The position numbers were made by a program, and so were the translations under genes. Positions 18,950-28,672 of a DNA stretch of 64,000 bases are shown piece after piece. The notes beneath the pieces were generated by a model. The model was not told where the DNA came from and did not search any database. It worked only from the letters and a program-made list of their open reading frames with translations. Source of the DNA: Mariprofundus sp. (GTDB lineage Bacteria > Pseudomonadota > Zetaproteobacteria > Mariprofundales > Mariprofundaceae); the NCBI GenBank assembly GCA_021772835.1, contig JAJFLE010000057.1, forward strand, positions 3,177 to 67,176, read 5' to 3'. Position 1 is the stretch's first letter, and each line of letters begins with the position of its first letter.

Positions 18950-20207
18950 GGTCAGATCCAATTCTATCACAAATTTTTGGCAGTGCCTGCTCTGGCGCGC
19001 CAATACTCCACAGCAAGCCCTGTGAAAGCTTTTCGGCCGACCACTGTCTTACTGTCTTGATATCAACAGCATGGATCTCATCTACCCATGCAGCCGGAGA
19101 AATCAGCGTCTGCTCATCAAGCCTGGACCCCAGATAGAGCATCTGCCCTTCAACCGAATCCAACCCCATGCGCAATTGCACCTCTAGCTGCCGTTTGGCC
19201 CGCAGCAACTCCTCTTCGCCAATATTATCAGCAAAGCTAACCAAAATATCCGAAATGACATCCACACATTCGGCTGCACGCGCTGTCTCGGAACCACATG
19301 TAATACTCCATGTGCCAGCATCACACAGTGAGTTCATGTGTGAACCAATACTGTAAGCCAGACCGCGCTTTTCACGAACTTCTCTGAACAGATGAGAACT
19401 CATGCCGCCGCCCAGCATCTGGTTAGCCAACCATGCCACCGGACGCTCGGACGATGCCGCATGAATGCCCGGAGCAGAAATAACCATCTGTGCCTGTTCC
19501 ATTTCCCGTGGCAAAGCCTGAACACCTGTTCTCATCCTTGCAGGAGCTATACGCACCACTCTGTCACTGCCTGTCGCCCATTCGATATCACTCATGGCAT
19601 CAACCAGTTCAGCGTGTTCAATGCGACCTGCGGCAACGATCATTAAACCCGGCGGTCGATACCAGTGTTGCAGATAGTCATCGAGTTGCTGCCTTGAGAT
19701 TGCCGCAAGCGCGTCATGATTACCGAGTACCGGGCGGCCGATGGCATGATCAGGAAACAGTCCTGCTACATGCTGATCGGTAATCCACTCTTCCGGAATA
19801 TCGTCCACCATAGCCATTTCAGCATAGATGACTTCCCGCTCACGCCGCCACTCCTCATCAGGAATGGCAGCATGGCATACCATATCCGTCAGTATTGCCA
19901 GAGCATCACGCCAGTGTTCATGCAAGACATGCAGATGGAAGCAGGTGCGTTCACGCGAGGTGAACGCATTGGCATTGCCACCCAATTCATCCAGTTTTTC
20001 CGCCAGCTGATGCACATCCATGTTGTCCGTCCCCTTGAACAGCATATGTTCAAGGGCATGGGTGATACCGGCCTGGGCTTCTGATTCATCACGCGCACCA
20101 ATATCAATAAACACACCGAGCGCAACACTCTGCGCTTGCGGCATAACATGCGTGAGAACCAGCGGACCTCCGCTAATCTGACTTTCCTTGTAGAATATTT
20201 CGTTCAT
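18939..20207 (-). CDS. M16-family zinc peptidase (insulinase/PqqL-like)
   Basis: Inverted zinc motif [11 protein letters not shown] followed by the downstream Glu region. 422 aa. Confidence 0.85.
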   Translation of the reverse strand: MNEIFYKESQISGGPLVLTHVMPQAQSVALGVFIDIGARDESEAQAGITHALEHMLFKGTDNMDVHQLAEKLDELGGNANAFTSRERTCFHLHVLHEHWRDALAILTDMVCHAAIPDEEWRREREVIYAEMAMVDDIPEEWITDQHVAGLFPDHAIGRPVLGNHDALAAISRQQLDDYLQHWYRPPGLMIVAAGRIEHAELVDAMSDIEWATGSDRVVRIAPARMRTGVQALPREMEQAQMVISAPGIHAASSERPVAWLANQMLGGGMSSHLFREVREKRGLAYSIGSHMNSLCDAGTWSITCGSETARAAECVDVISDILVSFADNIGEEELLRAKRQLEVQLRMGLDSVEGQMLYLGSRLDEQTLISPAAWVDEIHAVDIKTVRQWSAEKLSQGLLWSIGAPEQALPKICDRIGSDHVK

Positions 20208-20320
20208 CTGAGCCTCTTGCTAACGCGCATGTATTCTTTTCACACCGTGATATGACACAATATCACGGCCTGGGAAGCATCATTCGGCGCATTGTGTATT
20301 TCATCTTTCTACAGCACAAA

Positions 20321-20353
20321 CGATAAGAGGCGGGCAAAGCCCACCTCTTATCG
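20321..20353 (-). terminator. stem-loop downstream of pnp
   Basis: CGATAAGAGGTGGGC-TTTG-CCCGCCTCTTATCG on the minus strand. It forms a 15-bp stem whose single non-Watson-Crick pair is G.U only on the minus strand. A moderately T-rich tail follows. Confidence 0.6.
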
Positions 20354-20393
20354 CACTATGTATAGGACAGAGCTTTCACCCGTCTTTTGTTGA

Positions 20394-22487
20394 TCAGTCG
20401 TCCAACAGTTCTTTCATGGACAGACGAATTTTGCCGTTACGATCCACTTCCAGAACTTTAACACGAACTTCCTGACCTTCTTTCAGTTCATCAGCCACTT
20501 TCTCAACACGGTGGTTAGCAATCTGAGAGATATGTACCAGACCATCGGTGCCACCAACAACACGTACGAATGCGCCGAAGTCCATCAGCTTAACAACCTT
20601 ACCCGTGTAGATAGCGCCAACTTCAACTTCAGCCACGATATCTTCGATCATCTTCCTGGCAGCTTCACCGGCTTCTCCGGTCACTGCGAAGATTTTCACC
20701 GTACCGTCATCTTCCAGATCAACCTTGGCACCGGTTGCTTCGACGATGCCACGGATCACTTTACCGCCAGCGCCGATCACTTCACGAATCTTGTCCGCTT
20801 TGATCTTCATCATGATCATGCGAGGTGCATGGTCAGCAATGGATTCACGTGACGTTTCGATGCATTTGGCCATTTCATCAAGGATGTGAATACGACCGGC
20901 ATGTGCCTGTCCCAGTGCTTCCCTCATGATGTCGCGAGTCAAACCACCAATCTTGATATCCAGCTGCAGCGTAGTTACACCTTCACGGGTACCGGCCACT
21001 TTGAAGTCCATATCGCCCAGATGATCTTCATCACCCAGAATATCGGTCAAAACGGCATATCCGTCATTTTCCAGGATCAGGCCCATGGCCACACCTGCAA
21101 CCGCGGCTTTCGTTGGCACACCGGCATCCATCAGCGCCAGAGAGGTACCACAAACAGAAGCCATGGATGAAGAACCGTTGGATTCCGTAATTTCTGAAAC
21201 CGAACGGATCGCATAACCGAAATCATCCATGGAAGGCAGCACAGCTTCAATACCACGACGGGCAAGTCGACCATGACCAATCTCACGACGACCCGGAGGG
21301 CCAAAGCGACGTGCTTCACCAACAGAGTATGGCGGGAAGTTGTAATGCAGCATGAAACGCTGTTTAGCTACGCCTTCCAGGGATTCAGTCATCTGCATAT
21401 CAGATTCGGTACCCAGTGTAATGGTAACCAGTGCCTGAGTTTCACCACGGGTGAACAGAGCTGAACCATGTGTACGAGGCAGAACGCCGATTTGGCAGTC
21501 AATGGCACGAACCTGATCAGTGGAGCGGCCATCAATACGCGGGTTACCAGCGATGATTGAACGACGAACAACACTCTTCTCGAGGTTCTTTATAGCTGAA
21601 CTGACATCATTGGATGAGTACTGACCCGGTGCTTCGTCTGTACCGGCCAGCTGGGATTGTGCCGCAGCACGAAACGCTTCGATCTTGGCTGCACGTGCAG
21701 ACTTGTCGACAATCGCATAAGCATCACGAACATCAGCTTCGAATGCCGCATTTACAGCAGTCTTCACTTCGTTGTTACCTGCAAGTTCAACAACCAGCTT
21801 GTCTTTGCCAGCTATTTTCACCAGCTCTTCAATGGCATCGAGTACCGGCTGGTAACCTTCCTGACCAAAGATAATCGCATCGATCATCTGCTCTTCGGTC
21901 AACTCTTTTGCTTCTGATTCAATCATCAGTACCGCATCACGGGTACCTGCAACAATCAGATCCAGCTTGGATTCTGCAACCTGCGCATACGTTGGGTTAA
22001 GTACGAATTCGCCATCAATCAGAGCAACACGGGAAGCAGCAATCGGTTCAGCAAATGGTACGTCAGAAATTGCCAGTGCGGCAGAGACACCGTTAATGGC
22101 GACGATATCAGGATTGGTGTTTTCATCAGCAGAGATTACAGTAGCAATCACCTGAGTTTCATGAAAATAGCCTTTAGGGAACAGCGGGCGAATCGGACGG
22201 TCAATCAGACGAGAGGTCAGTGTTTCCTTTTCAGAAGGACGACCCTCACGCTTGAAAAAACCACCAAGAAAACGGCCTGCTGCGTATGTTTTTTCCTGAT
22301 AATGAACAGTCAGCGGCATGAAATCCACGCCCTGCAATGGTTGTTTGGCAGCAGTAGCTGCAACGTGGACAACCACGTCTCCAACCTGAACCAGAACCGA
22401 ACCACCGGCCTGACGGGCTACACGCCCTGTTTCGAATGAGATTGTACGGCCAGCAACTTCGGCCTTGGTAGTTTTTACATCAAACAT
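20394..22487 (-). CDS. pnp: polyribonucleotide nucleotidyltransferase (PNPase)
   Basis: 697 aa, with two RNase PH-like halves, a KH domain (GAGGKVIRGI) and a C-terminal S1 domain (YTGKVVKLMDFGAFV). It sits downstream of rpsO, as is canonical. Confidence 0.96.
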   Translation of the reverse strand: MFDVKTTKAEVAGRTISFETGRVARQAGGSVLVQVGDVVVHVAATAAKQPLQGVDFMPLTVHYQEKTYAAGRFLGGFFKREGRPSEKETLTSRLIDRPIRPLFPKGYFHETQVIATVISADENTNPDIVAINGVSAALAISDVPFAEPIAASRVALIDGEFVLNPTYAQVAESKLDLIVAGTRDAVLMIESEAKELTEEQMIDAIIFGQEGYQPVLDAIEELVKIAGKDKLVVELAGNNEVKTAVNAAFEADVRDAYAIVDKSARAAKIEAFRAAAQSQLAGTDEAPGQYSSNDVSSAIKNLEKSVVRRSIIAGNPRIDGRSTDQVRAIDCQIGVLPRTHGSALFTRGETQALVTITLGTESDMQMTESLEGVAKQRFMLHYNFPPYSVGEARRFGPPGRREIGHGRLARRGIEAVLPSMDDFGYAIRSVSEITESNGSSSMASVCGTSLALMDAGVPTKAAVAGVAMGLILENDGYAVLTDILGDEDHLGDMDFKVAGTREGVTTLQLDIKIGGLTRDIMREALGQAHAGRIHILDEMAKCIETSRESIADHAPRMIMMKIKADKIREVIGAGGKVIRGIVEATGAKVDLEDDGTVKIFAVTGEAGEAARKMIEDIVAEVEVGAIYTGKVVKLMDFGAFVRVVGGTDGLVHISQIANHRVEKVADELKEGQEVRVKVLEVDRNGKIRLSMKELLDD

Positions 22488-22537
22488 CTATGAATTCCTT
22501 TTTTAACGCGCATGCCTTTGGCGTGGATAGAACCGAT

Positions 22538-22570
22538 AAAAAGAAAAAAGGCGGCCCGCTAGGGGCCGCC
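22538..22570 (-). terminator. rpsO terminator / pnp leader hairpin
   Basis: The minus strand reads GGCGGCCCC-TAGC-GGGCCGCC followed by TTTTTTCTTTTT. It lies between the rpsO stop (22581) and the pnp start (22487). Confidence 0.85.
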
Positions 22571-22580
22571 GAAAACTGAT

Positions 22581-22853
22581 TTACTTACGCAGTCCCAAGC
22601 TTTCGATGAGGGTGCGATAACGACCGAAGTCCTTACCTTTAAGGTAACCCAGCAAGCTACGGCGCTGACCAACCATCTTCAACAAACCGCGGCGGGAGTG
22701 ATGATCTTTATGGTTTTCTTTAAAATGAACCTTGGAAAGCTGATTGATACGCTCTGTCAACAGTGCAACCTGCACTTCCGGTGAACCCGTATCGCCTTCT
22801 TTGCGACCAAATTTTTCAATAATTGTGTTTTTTTCTTCCAGCGCCAAAGACAT
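22581..22853 (-). CDS. rpsO: 30S ribosomal protein S15
   Basis: [39 protein letters not shown]...[18 protein letters not shown] is the canonical S15 sequence. Confidence 0.96.
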   Translation of the reverse strand: MSLALEEKNTIIEKFGRKEGDTGSPEVQVALLTERINQLSKVHFKENHKDHHSRRGLLKMVGQRRSLLGYLKGKDFGRYRTLIESLGLRK

Positions 22854-23072
22854 GAACGTTCTTACCTCTTATTTACTTTCCTTTTCATTAGGGCGGCGAA
22901 CCATAGCGATAGGATTCAAGGCATGCAAATATTTATTGCGTCTCTGTTGATTGCTGCCTCACCTGCTCAGCAAACAGAACGGTAAATATACAGAGAAATC
23001 CACCAGGGCCTGATGACCGCCAATCAGAAACCGAACAGGCTTATATGTATATAATCGAACGGTCCATTGTGG

Positions 23073-24302
23073 TTACTTAGCACGCTGTTGATCATGATGT
23101 GGCACCATTCTTCCCACGACAGCGGCGCCAACAGCATCACCGAAGACATTGATTGTGGTACGACAGCGATCAAGAAACCAGTCGATGGCAAGGATCAGAC
23201 CGATGCCTTCCAGTGGCAAGCCAACCGCTTCGAGCACAATCACCATGGTCACCAACCCCGCTTCCGGAATGCCTGCAGCACCAATGGCCGCCATGGTCGC
23301 TGTCACCAGCACCAGCATCTGCTGGCCAAAGCTCAAATCAATACCATAGGCCTGAGCAATAAACAGTACGGCTACCGCTTCATACAAGGCAGTGCCATCC
23401 ATATTAATCGTTGCACCAAGAGGAAGCACAAAGCGACGGGCTTTTTCATCCACACCGGCAGCTTTCACCCCATCCATAGTCAATGGTAATGTGGCACTCG
23501 ATGAGGCGGTGGAAAATGCAGTCATCAATGCTGTGCCCATATGTCTGAGATATTCAGCAACCGAACGCCGCGCCAGAACCATCAGCAGCATACATAATAC
23601 CGCTGCATGGGCCAGCAGGCCGGAAATCACTGCCATGGCGTATTTGGCCAGGCCAGATAGCTGGGCAAAGAAGGCCTCTCCGCCACCTGCTGAACCAAGC
23701 TTGGAAGCGATTAGCGCAAACACGCCAATCGGTGCAAAGATCATGATCCACCCCACAATACACATCATCGCCTCGTTCAAACCTTCGAAGAAAGCAATCA
23801 CCGGTTTCCCCTTCTCAGCCAGCGTGGTCAATGCTGCCGCCAGAAGAATACAGAACACAATTATAGGCAACAGCTTCATATTCGCCGCAGCATCGACAAT
23901 ATTCGAATGCACCAGTGATAAAATCAGATCGGTAACACCGACGTCGCCTATTTCAGGCTTAGGGGCGTTGCTGCCAGTTGTCAGGTCAACGCCAACACCG
24001 GGCTGCCATAAGTTAGCCATCAGAAGGCCGATAGAAACTGCGATCAGGGTAGTGCAGGCATAATAGGTGACGGACAATCCCCCCATACGGCCAAGCTTGC
24101 GTACATCTCCAAGGCCGGCCACACCGGTAATAATACTGGCAGCTACCAGCGGAACAATTAGCATTTTCAGCGCTGTTAAAAACAGCTCACCCAGCCACGC
24201 CACAGATTCCATGGCTTCGCCCCAGATAAAACCTGATACTCCGCCAGCCAGGATTGCCACAATCATGGCCATTAAAAGTTTATTCTCGGCACCTTCTCGC
24301 AT
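23073..24302 (-). CDS. dicarboxylate/amino acid:cation symporter (DAACS family)
   Basis: Polytopic, with GIPEAGLVTMVIVL and RCRTTINVFGDAVGA motifs. Start chosen at MREGAENKLLMAMIVAIL (24302), but the ATG at 24368 is also possible. Confidence 0.85.
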   Translation of the reverse strand: MREGAENKLLMAMIVAILAGGVSGFIWGEAMESVAWLGELFLTALKMLIVPLVAASIITGVAGLGDVRKLGRMGGLSVTYYACTTLIAVSIGLLMANLWQPGVGVDLTTGSNAPKPEIGDVGVTDLILSLVHSNIVDAAANMKLLPIIVFCILLAAALTTLAEKGKPVIAFFEGLNEAMMCIVGWIMIFAPIGVFALIASKLGSAGGGEAFFAQLSGLAKYAMAVISGLLAHAAVLCMLLMVLARRSVAEYLRHMGTALMTAFSTASSSATLPLTMDGVKAAGVDEKARRFVLPLGATINMDGTALYEAVAVLFIAQAYGIDLSFGQQMLVLVTATMAAIGAAGIPEAGLVTMVIVLEAVGLPLEGIGLILAIDWFLDRCRTTINVFGDAVGAAVVGRMVPHHDQQRAK

Positions 24303-24433
24303 TTCACCTACCCGATCATACAAGTATGAAGAGCAAAACCATAAGCATGTCCTGCCTGAATTGCACACATCACGTTGCCATATCCAATGCTCTGTATATA
24401 GTAATTCACATTAGATTCAGCAAGGAGAGTTCA

Positions 24434-24820
24434 TTGTTCAATCCCAATCATCGTAAATTCAGCCGTTCTCAGGTTGCCGTTGCCGCCCTGCTATCGTTTG
24501 AGGGTAAGGAACCCGTTGAAGTCATGGTCATGGATGTCAGCATGAATGGTGCGCTTCTGCAGACTGACCTTAGGTTTGATCCCGGCACACATTGCAACGT
24601 CAGCATACTGCTTGGCCACTTCCAACATGAACTACCGATTGAGGCTGCAGGCATAGTCGTGCGCTCGTTTGAAGACGGCCTCGCACTCAGATTTGAGTCG
24701 GTTAAAATAGACAGCACACCCAGACTACAGAACCTGATCATCGATCATGCTGAAGACCCGGGACAGGTAGAAGTTGAGTTCTCAAAGAATGGTGGCTGGA
24801 TTTTCAACCCGAACAATTAA
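24434..24820 (+). CDS. PilZ-domain protein (putative c-di-GMP receptor)
   Basis: Start reassigned to the TTG at 24434, 6 nt after AAGGAG. It is in frame with the track ORF, whose ATG at 24254 overlaps the symporter gene. PilZ motifs: HRKFSR (RxxxR-like) and MDVSMNGALL (DxSxxG). Confidence 0.7.
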   Translation: MFNPNHRKFSRSQVAVAALLSFEGKEPVEVMVMDVSMNGALLQTDLRFDPGTHCNVSILLGHFQHELPIEAAGIVVRSFEDGLALRFESVKIDSTPRLQNLIIDHAEDPGQVEVEFSKNGGWIFNPNN

Positions 24821-25047
24821 TAGCACCAAGACCCTTGACGGCTATTGTCAGTCGCGCCACAGGCAATAGCCGGTCTGCTCCGAACATTCGAATCAAAATT
24901 TATCTGAGTCTGTAGCTTTAGGGGTAGTCCGGGCCTTCCGCGCGGTAAACTTGCTGTCCGGATAACTACAAATGTATCATAAACGTTGACAGCTCAGGCC
25001 TACTGTATCGCTGCAAAACATTTAACCGGACAGCCGTGCATGTTTAA

Positions 25048-25929
25048 TTAATCGGTACGGGAAACTTGCACACTGACTGTCAATTTCTGCTCGACATTAC
25101 CCCGAAAGATGCCTTTTACGGGCGTAACATCGAAATAGTCACGTCCGATTGCGGTGCGGATATATTGCCAATCGACCAGCTTGTCATTGGTAGGGTCAAT
25201 GCCGCACCAGCTCATAGTCGGGTGCCATGCCTGCACCCAGGCATGTGTGGCCGCAGCGCCACGAAGATGCTGGCCTGCCTCTTCTGCTTGATTTGAATCG
25301 TAGATATATCCGCTGACATAACGTGCCGGAATACCGGCAAGGCGTAAAACGCCGATCATGGCATGAGCCATATCTTGGCAAACACCGCCGCCATGGTCGA
25401 AAAATGCTTTCGGTGACGAGTGCACATGGGTCACATCGGGATCATAACGGAAATTATTGTAGAAATAGGCAGCCAGTTCGTAGAGTGATTCTTTGAACTC
25501 CTTTTCATTCATCTGCAGGGTGATCCGATTCGGTACTGCATCGTATTCGGCAAGCACCGGCACTCCTTTTGACCAGTGCAGAAATTCAGCATATTGCTGC
25601 GATATGGGGCGCGGATCCTGCTCAACAGCAAAACCTGAAATGCAGTTGGATGTGTGCACAACGGACTCGGAAACAATCTCAACAAAATCATGCGGGGCGA
25701 TGATGTTGAAGTGGTGTACGATATTACCATAATAATCATAGTGTTTGCCGATGCTGCACTCGGGAGATACCGTCAATTCTGCATGTCCCACGCTCTGCAG
25801 AGGGGTATCGACAGGCATCATGCGCACTTCTGAATAAGCCAGCGCAACCGGACCGGAGTAATCCAGACGGGTGCTATGACGCACTTTCATGGTGGCGTGC
25901 AGTTCTTTTTGTCTTCTGGTCGCATTCAT
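25048..25929 (-). CDS. transglutaminase-like cysteine protease-fold protein (Bact_transglu_N + core)
   Basis: Carries GGGVCQDMAHAMIGVLRLAGIPARYVSGY (Cys), THAWVQAW (His) and GIDPTND (Asp). ATGA overlap with the upstream gene. Confidence 0.88.
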   Translation of the reverse strand: MNATRRQKELHATMKVRHSTRLDYSGPVALAYSEVRMMPVDTPLQSVGHAELTVSPECSIGKHYDYYGNIVHHFNIIAPHDFVEIVSESVVHTSNCISGFAVEQDPRPISQQYAEFLHWSKGVPVLAEYDAVPNRITLQMNEKEFKESLYELAAYFYNNFRYDPDVTHVHSSPKAFFDHGGGVCQDMAHAMIGVLRLAGIPARYVSGYIYDSNQAEEAGQHLRGAAATHAWVQAWHPTMSWCGIDPTNDKLVDWQYIRTAIGRDYFDVTPVKGIFRGNVEQKLTVSVQVSRTD

Positions 25930-26942
25930 TGGTGAACCTGCTGTTGTTGCTGGGCTTGCGTGCCCATGGGGGTTTCATGTCCGAAACTGTCGAGGATGAT
26001 CATTGGATCGAGATAGCCGCTTGTCAGTTGCTGGTGAATATCACTACAGCGTGCATTGATCTCTTCAAGGTAGGAGCGCAGACCTTGATCGAGCACGACA
26101 TCACCGTTGCCTTCTTCAAGCTCTTCATGAAAGGTAGCTATCTGCGCAAACAGCGTTTTTTGCGAATCGGTGTGGCAACCGATACCACTGAGTCCATCAC
26201 GTACGTGCCTGATACAATAACTCAGCGAACGCGGGAATCGCGGATCGAACAGCATCAGGTTAATCACCTTGCCCGGCGAAATACGGGCCCTATACAGACG
26301 GCGGTAGGCTTCATAACCGGATACGGAGCGCAGCAACGCCTGCCACTGATGCAGATCCAGCGGGCGGCCCACCTCATCCGAATCGGGTAGCAGGATGTAA
26401 TACTTGATGCCGAGAATACGAGCGGTCATGCGGGCACGCTCCAGGTAGCGCCCCAGGCGCAGGAACTGCCACGCTTCTCCATGCACCATGGTGTTATCGG
26501 CAAAGCCGTTGAAGGCGTTACAGAAAAGCTGAATACGCCGATTGAAACGGTTGCTGCCTCGGTTGATCACTTCATCAAGGACGACACCCTGAATTTCAAT
26601 ATGCATGCGGTTGATGTGTTCCCAGATCTCCTCACTGATTCGCTCACGCATGCCTCGCGCATGTTCTCGAGCCAGATTCAGGCTGGAAATCATCGAACGC
26701 GGGTTGTCCTCGCTGAGCAGCAGGAAGTCATAGACATTGATTTCGTTGACTTCATCGTAGAGTGAATCGAACAGTTCACGGGAGCCGGTGATGGAGAGCA
26801 TCGGCGACCAGACATCCAGATCGGAGAAGTAGTTTAACTCCAGGCTCATACGGTGGTTTACATCAAGGATACGCGTAACATTCTCAGTGCGCTCGATACA
26901 GCGGCCGAGTTCATACATGCCTCGGGCGATACGGCTAAGCAT
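25926..26942 (-). CDS. alpha-E domain protein (DUF403 family)
   Basis: MLSRIARGMYELGRCIERTENVTRILDVN is the typical N-terminus of alpha-E proteins. It is flanked by the ATP-grasp and transglutaminase partners. Confidence 0.85.
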   Translation of the reverse strand: MLSRIARGMYELGRCIERTENVTRILDVNHRMSLELNYFSDLDVWSPMLSITGSRELFDSLYDEVNEINVYDFLLLSEDNPRSMISSLNLAREHARGMRERISEEIWEHINRMHIEIQGVVLDEVINRGSNRFNRRIQLFCNAFNGFADNTMVHGEAWQFLRLGRYLERARMTARILGIKYYILLPDSDEVGRPLDLHQWQALLRSVSGYEAYRRLYRARISPGKVINLMLFDPRFPRSLSYCIRHVRDGLSGIGCHTDSQKTLFAQIATFHEELEEGNGDVVLDQGLRSYLEEINARCSDIHQQLTSGYLDPMIILDSFGHETPMGTQAQQQQQVHQ

Positions 26943-28416
26943 GGTTTTCTCCCTCTTCGGGGTAGAGCACCCAGGTATCTTTACTGCCTCCGCCCTGCGA
27001 TGAATTGACCACCAGTTGCCCTTCGGCCAGCGCCACGCGAGTCAGCCCCCCGGGCAGCACGGAAATTCGCCCGTCAGATCCGCATACGGCGTAGGGGCGC
27101 AGATCGACATGGCGAGGTTGCAATACCTTGTGCCCATCTTTCTCCACCAGTGTCGGGTGGGTAGAAAGTTTCTGTATGGGCTGTGCAATGTAATGCTCAG
27201 GATTGTCGGCAATCAGCTGACGGAACGCAATGATCTGCTCCTTCGTGGCATGGCTGCCGACCAGCATGCCGTAACCGCCGGAGGCATCGGTGGGTTTGAC
27301 CACCAGTTCTTCAAGGTGGTCCAGTACATAGGCCAGCTCATCGGGCCTGCGGCACAGATAGGTCGGCACGATAGGTATGATCGGCTCTTCGTTCAGATAA
27401 TAGCGAATGATATCCGGTGTGTAGGCATAGGTTGCCTTGTCATCAGCCACACCTGTGCCCGGGGCATTGGCCAGCACCAGGTTGCCAGCGCGATAGGCGT
27501 GCATGATACCAGTCACGCCGAGCATCGAATCGGCGCGGAAGGTCAACGGGTCGAGGTACTCATCGTCGATGCGGCGGTAGAGCACATCCACGCGCACCAG
27601 CCCTTCGGTGGTTTGCATATACAATATGTCATTATCAACCAGCAGGTCGCGACCCTCAACCAGTTCGGCTCCCATCTGATTGGCAAGAAACGCGTGCTCG
27701 AAATAGGCCGAGTTATAGGTGCCTGGAGTCAGTACTGCAATGTTGGGATTCTCGACTCTGGCCAGTGATGACAGGGCGGCAAAAAGCATTTGAGGATAAT
27801 GATCAACGGCACGAATGCGATGTTGCTGCAAGAGATCGGGCATCACACGGCCCATAACCCAACGGTTTTCCACCACATAGGAGACGCCGGATGGTGAACG
27901 AAGATTATCCTCGAGAACGAGCAGTTCGCCATTGCCATCGCGAATCAGGTCAATGCCGCTGATATGAGCGTAAACACCACCGGGAACATCCACATGCATC
28001 ATTTCACGACAAAAGTAGGGTGAATTGACAACCAGGTCTGTGGGGATGATCTGCTCCTTGAGTATGTTCTGTTCATGATAAATATCATGCAGAAACATGT
28101 TCATGGCTGTAAGTCGCTGTTTGATGCCGGCCTCCACCTTATCCCACTCGCTGGCAGTGATCAGACGTGGCATGAGATCGAACGGAAAGATCTTTTCTGT
28201 GCCACGGGCATCGGAATAAACCGTGAAGGTTACGCCCTGATTGAGCAATGACAGGTCTGCTTCACGCTGCAGGTCGGTCATGTCCTCACCATTACGTCGC
28301 CTTAACCAAGCATAGAGTTTGCGGTAGTGAGGGCGGGGCTTGCCGGACTCATCCAGCATTTCATCAAAGAAAGATTGTGCGTCGTAAGATGGCCAGAGGG
28401 ATGTGTTGGATTCCAT
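26935..28416 (-). CDS. circularly permuted type-2 ATP-grasp protein
   Basis: 493 aa. Carries ...PRPHYRKLYAWL...READLSLLNQGVTFTVYSDARGTEKIFPFDLMPRLI..., characteristic of the CP_ATPgrasp_2 family. It is the first gene of the triad. Confidence 0.85.
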   Translation of the reverse strand: MESNTSLWPSYDAQSFFDEMLDESGKPRPHYRKLYAWLRRRNGEDMTDLQREADLSLLNQGVTFTVYSDARGTEKIFPFDLMPRLITASEWDKVEAGIKQRLTAMNMFLHDIYHEQNILKEQIIPTDLVVNSPYFCREMMHVDVPGGVYAHISGIDLIRDGNGELLVLEDNLRSPSGVSYVVENRWVMGRVMPDLLQQHRIRAVDHYPQMLFAALSSLARVENPNIAVLTPGTYNSAYFEHAFLANQMGAELVEGRDLLVDNDILYMQTTEGLVRVDVLYRRIDDEYLDPLTFRADSMLGVTGIMHAYRAGNLVLANAPGTGVADDKATYAYTPDIIRYYLNEEPIIPIVPTYLCRRPDELAYVLDHLEELVVKPTDASGGYGMLVGSHATKEQIIAFRQLIADNPEHYIAQPIQKLSTHPTLVEKDGHKVLQPRHVDLRPYAVCGSDGRISVLPGGLTRVALAEGQLVVNSSQGGGSKDTWVLYPEEGENHA

Positions 28417-28672
28417 GACTCATATGCTTGGCGGCAAGCCTACGTCTGTCAATAAACATGATTATTATGGGTAAACATGAACAAAGCGTTCGCGCATGGG
28501 TTTTGAACGCGCAGCCTCAGGCTGTCGGAGCCGGGGGTAACCTGTTGAGCGGACTGATTACAGTTAAGGCTGTCGATGGTTGCGGCAAAACGCTCAGCTC
28601 AAGCTTTTCGCGACGACTTCGCCACGCCTCCCGCTCCAACTACGGGGGATTTTGTCTCGTTCAGGAGTAATT

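Noticed and set aside
24838-24897. Possible further diverged copy of the 74-bp family on the minus strand (TGATTCGAAT...CCTGTGGCGCGACTGA), with the hairpin CGGCTATTG/CAATAGCCG.
   Set aside because: Similarity is limited to two short blocks and the hairpin differs. It could simply be the PilZ-gene terminator. It is mentioned under the dispersed-copy finding but not called as a feature.
28428-28670. 80-aa ORF between the ATP-grasp gene and the repeat array.
   Set aside because: It has no SD and a poor composition, and it lies in the expected promoter or leader region of the divergent ATP-grasp operon. I saw no evidence of coding.
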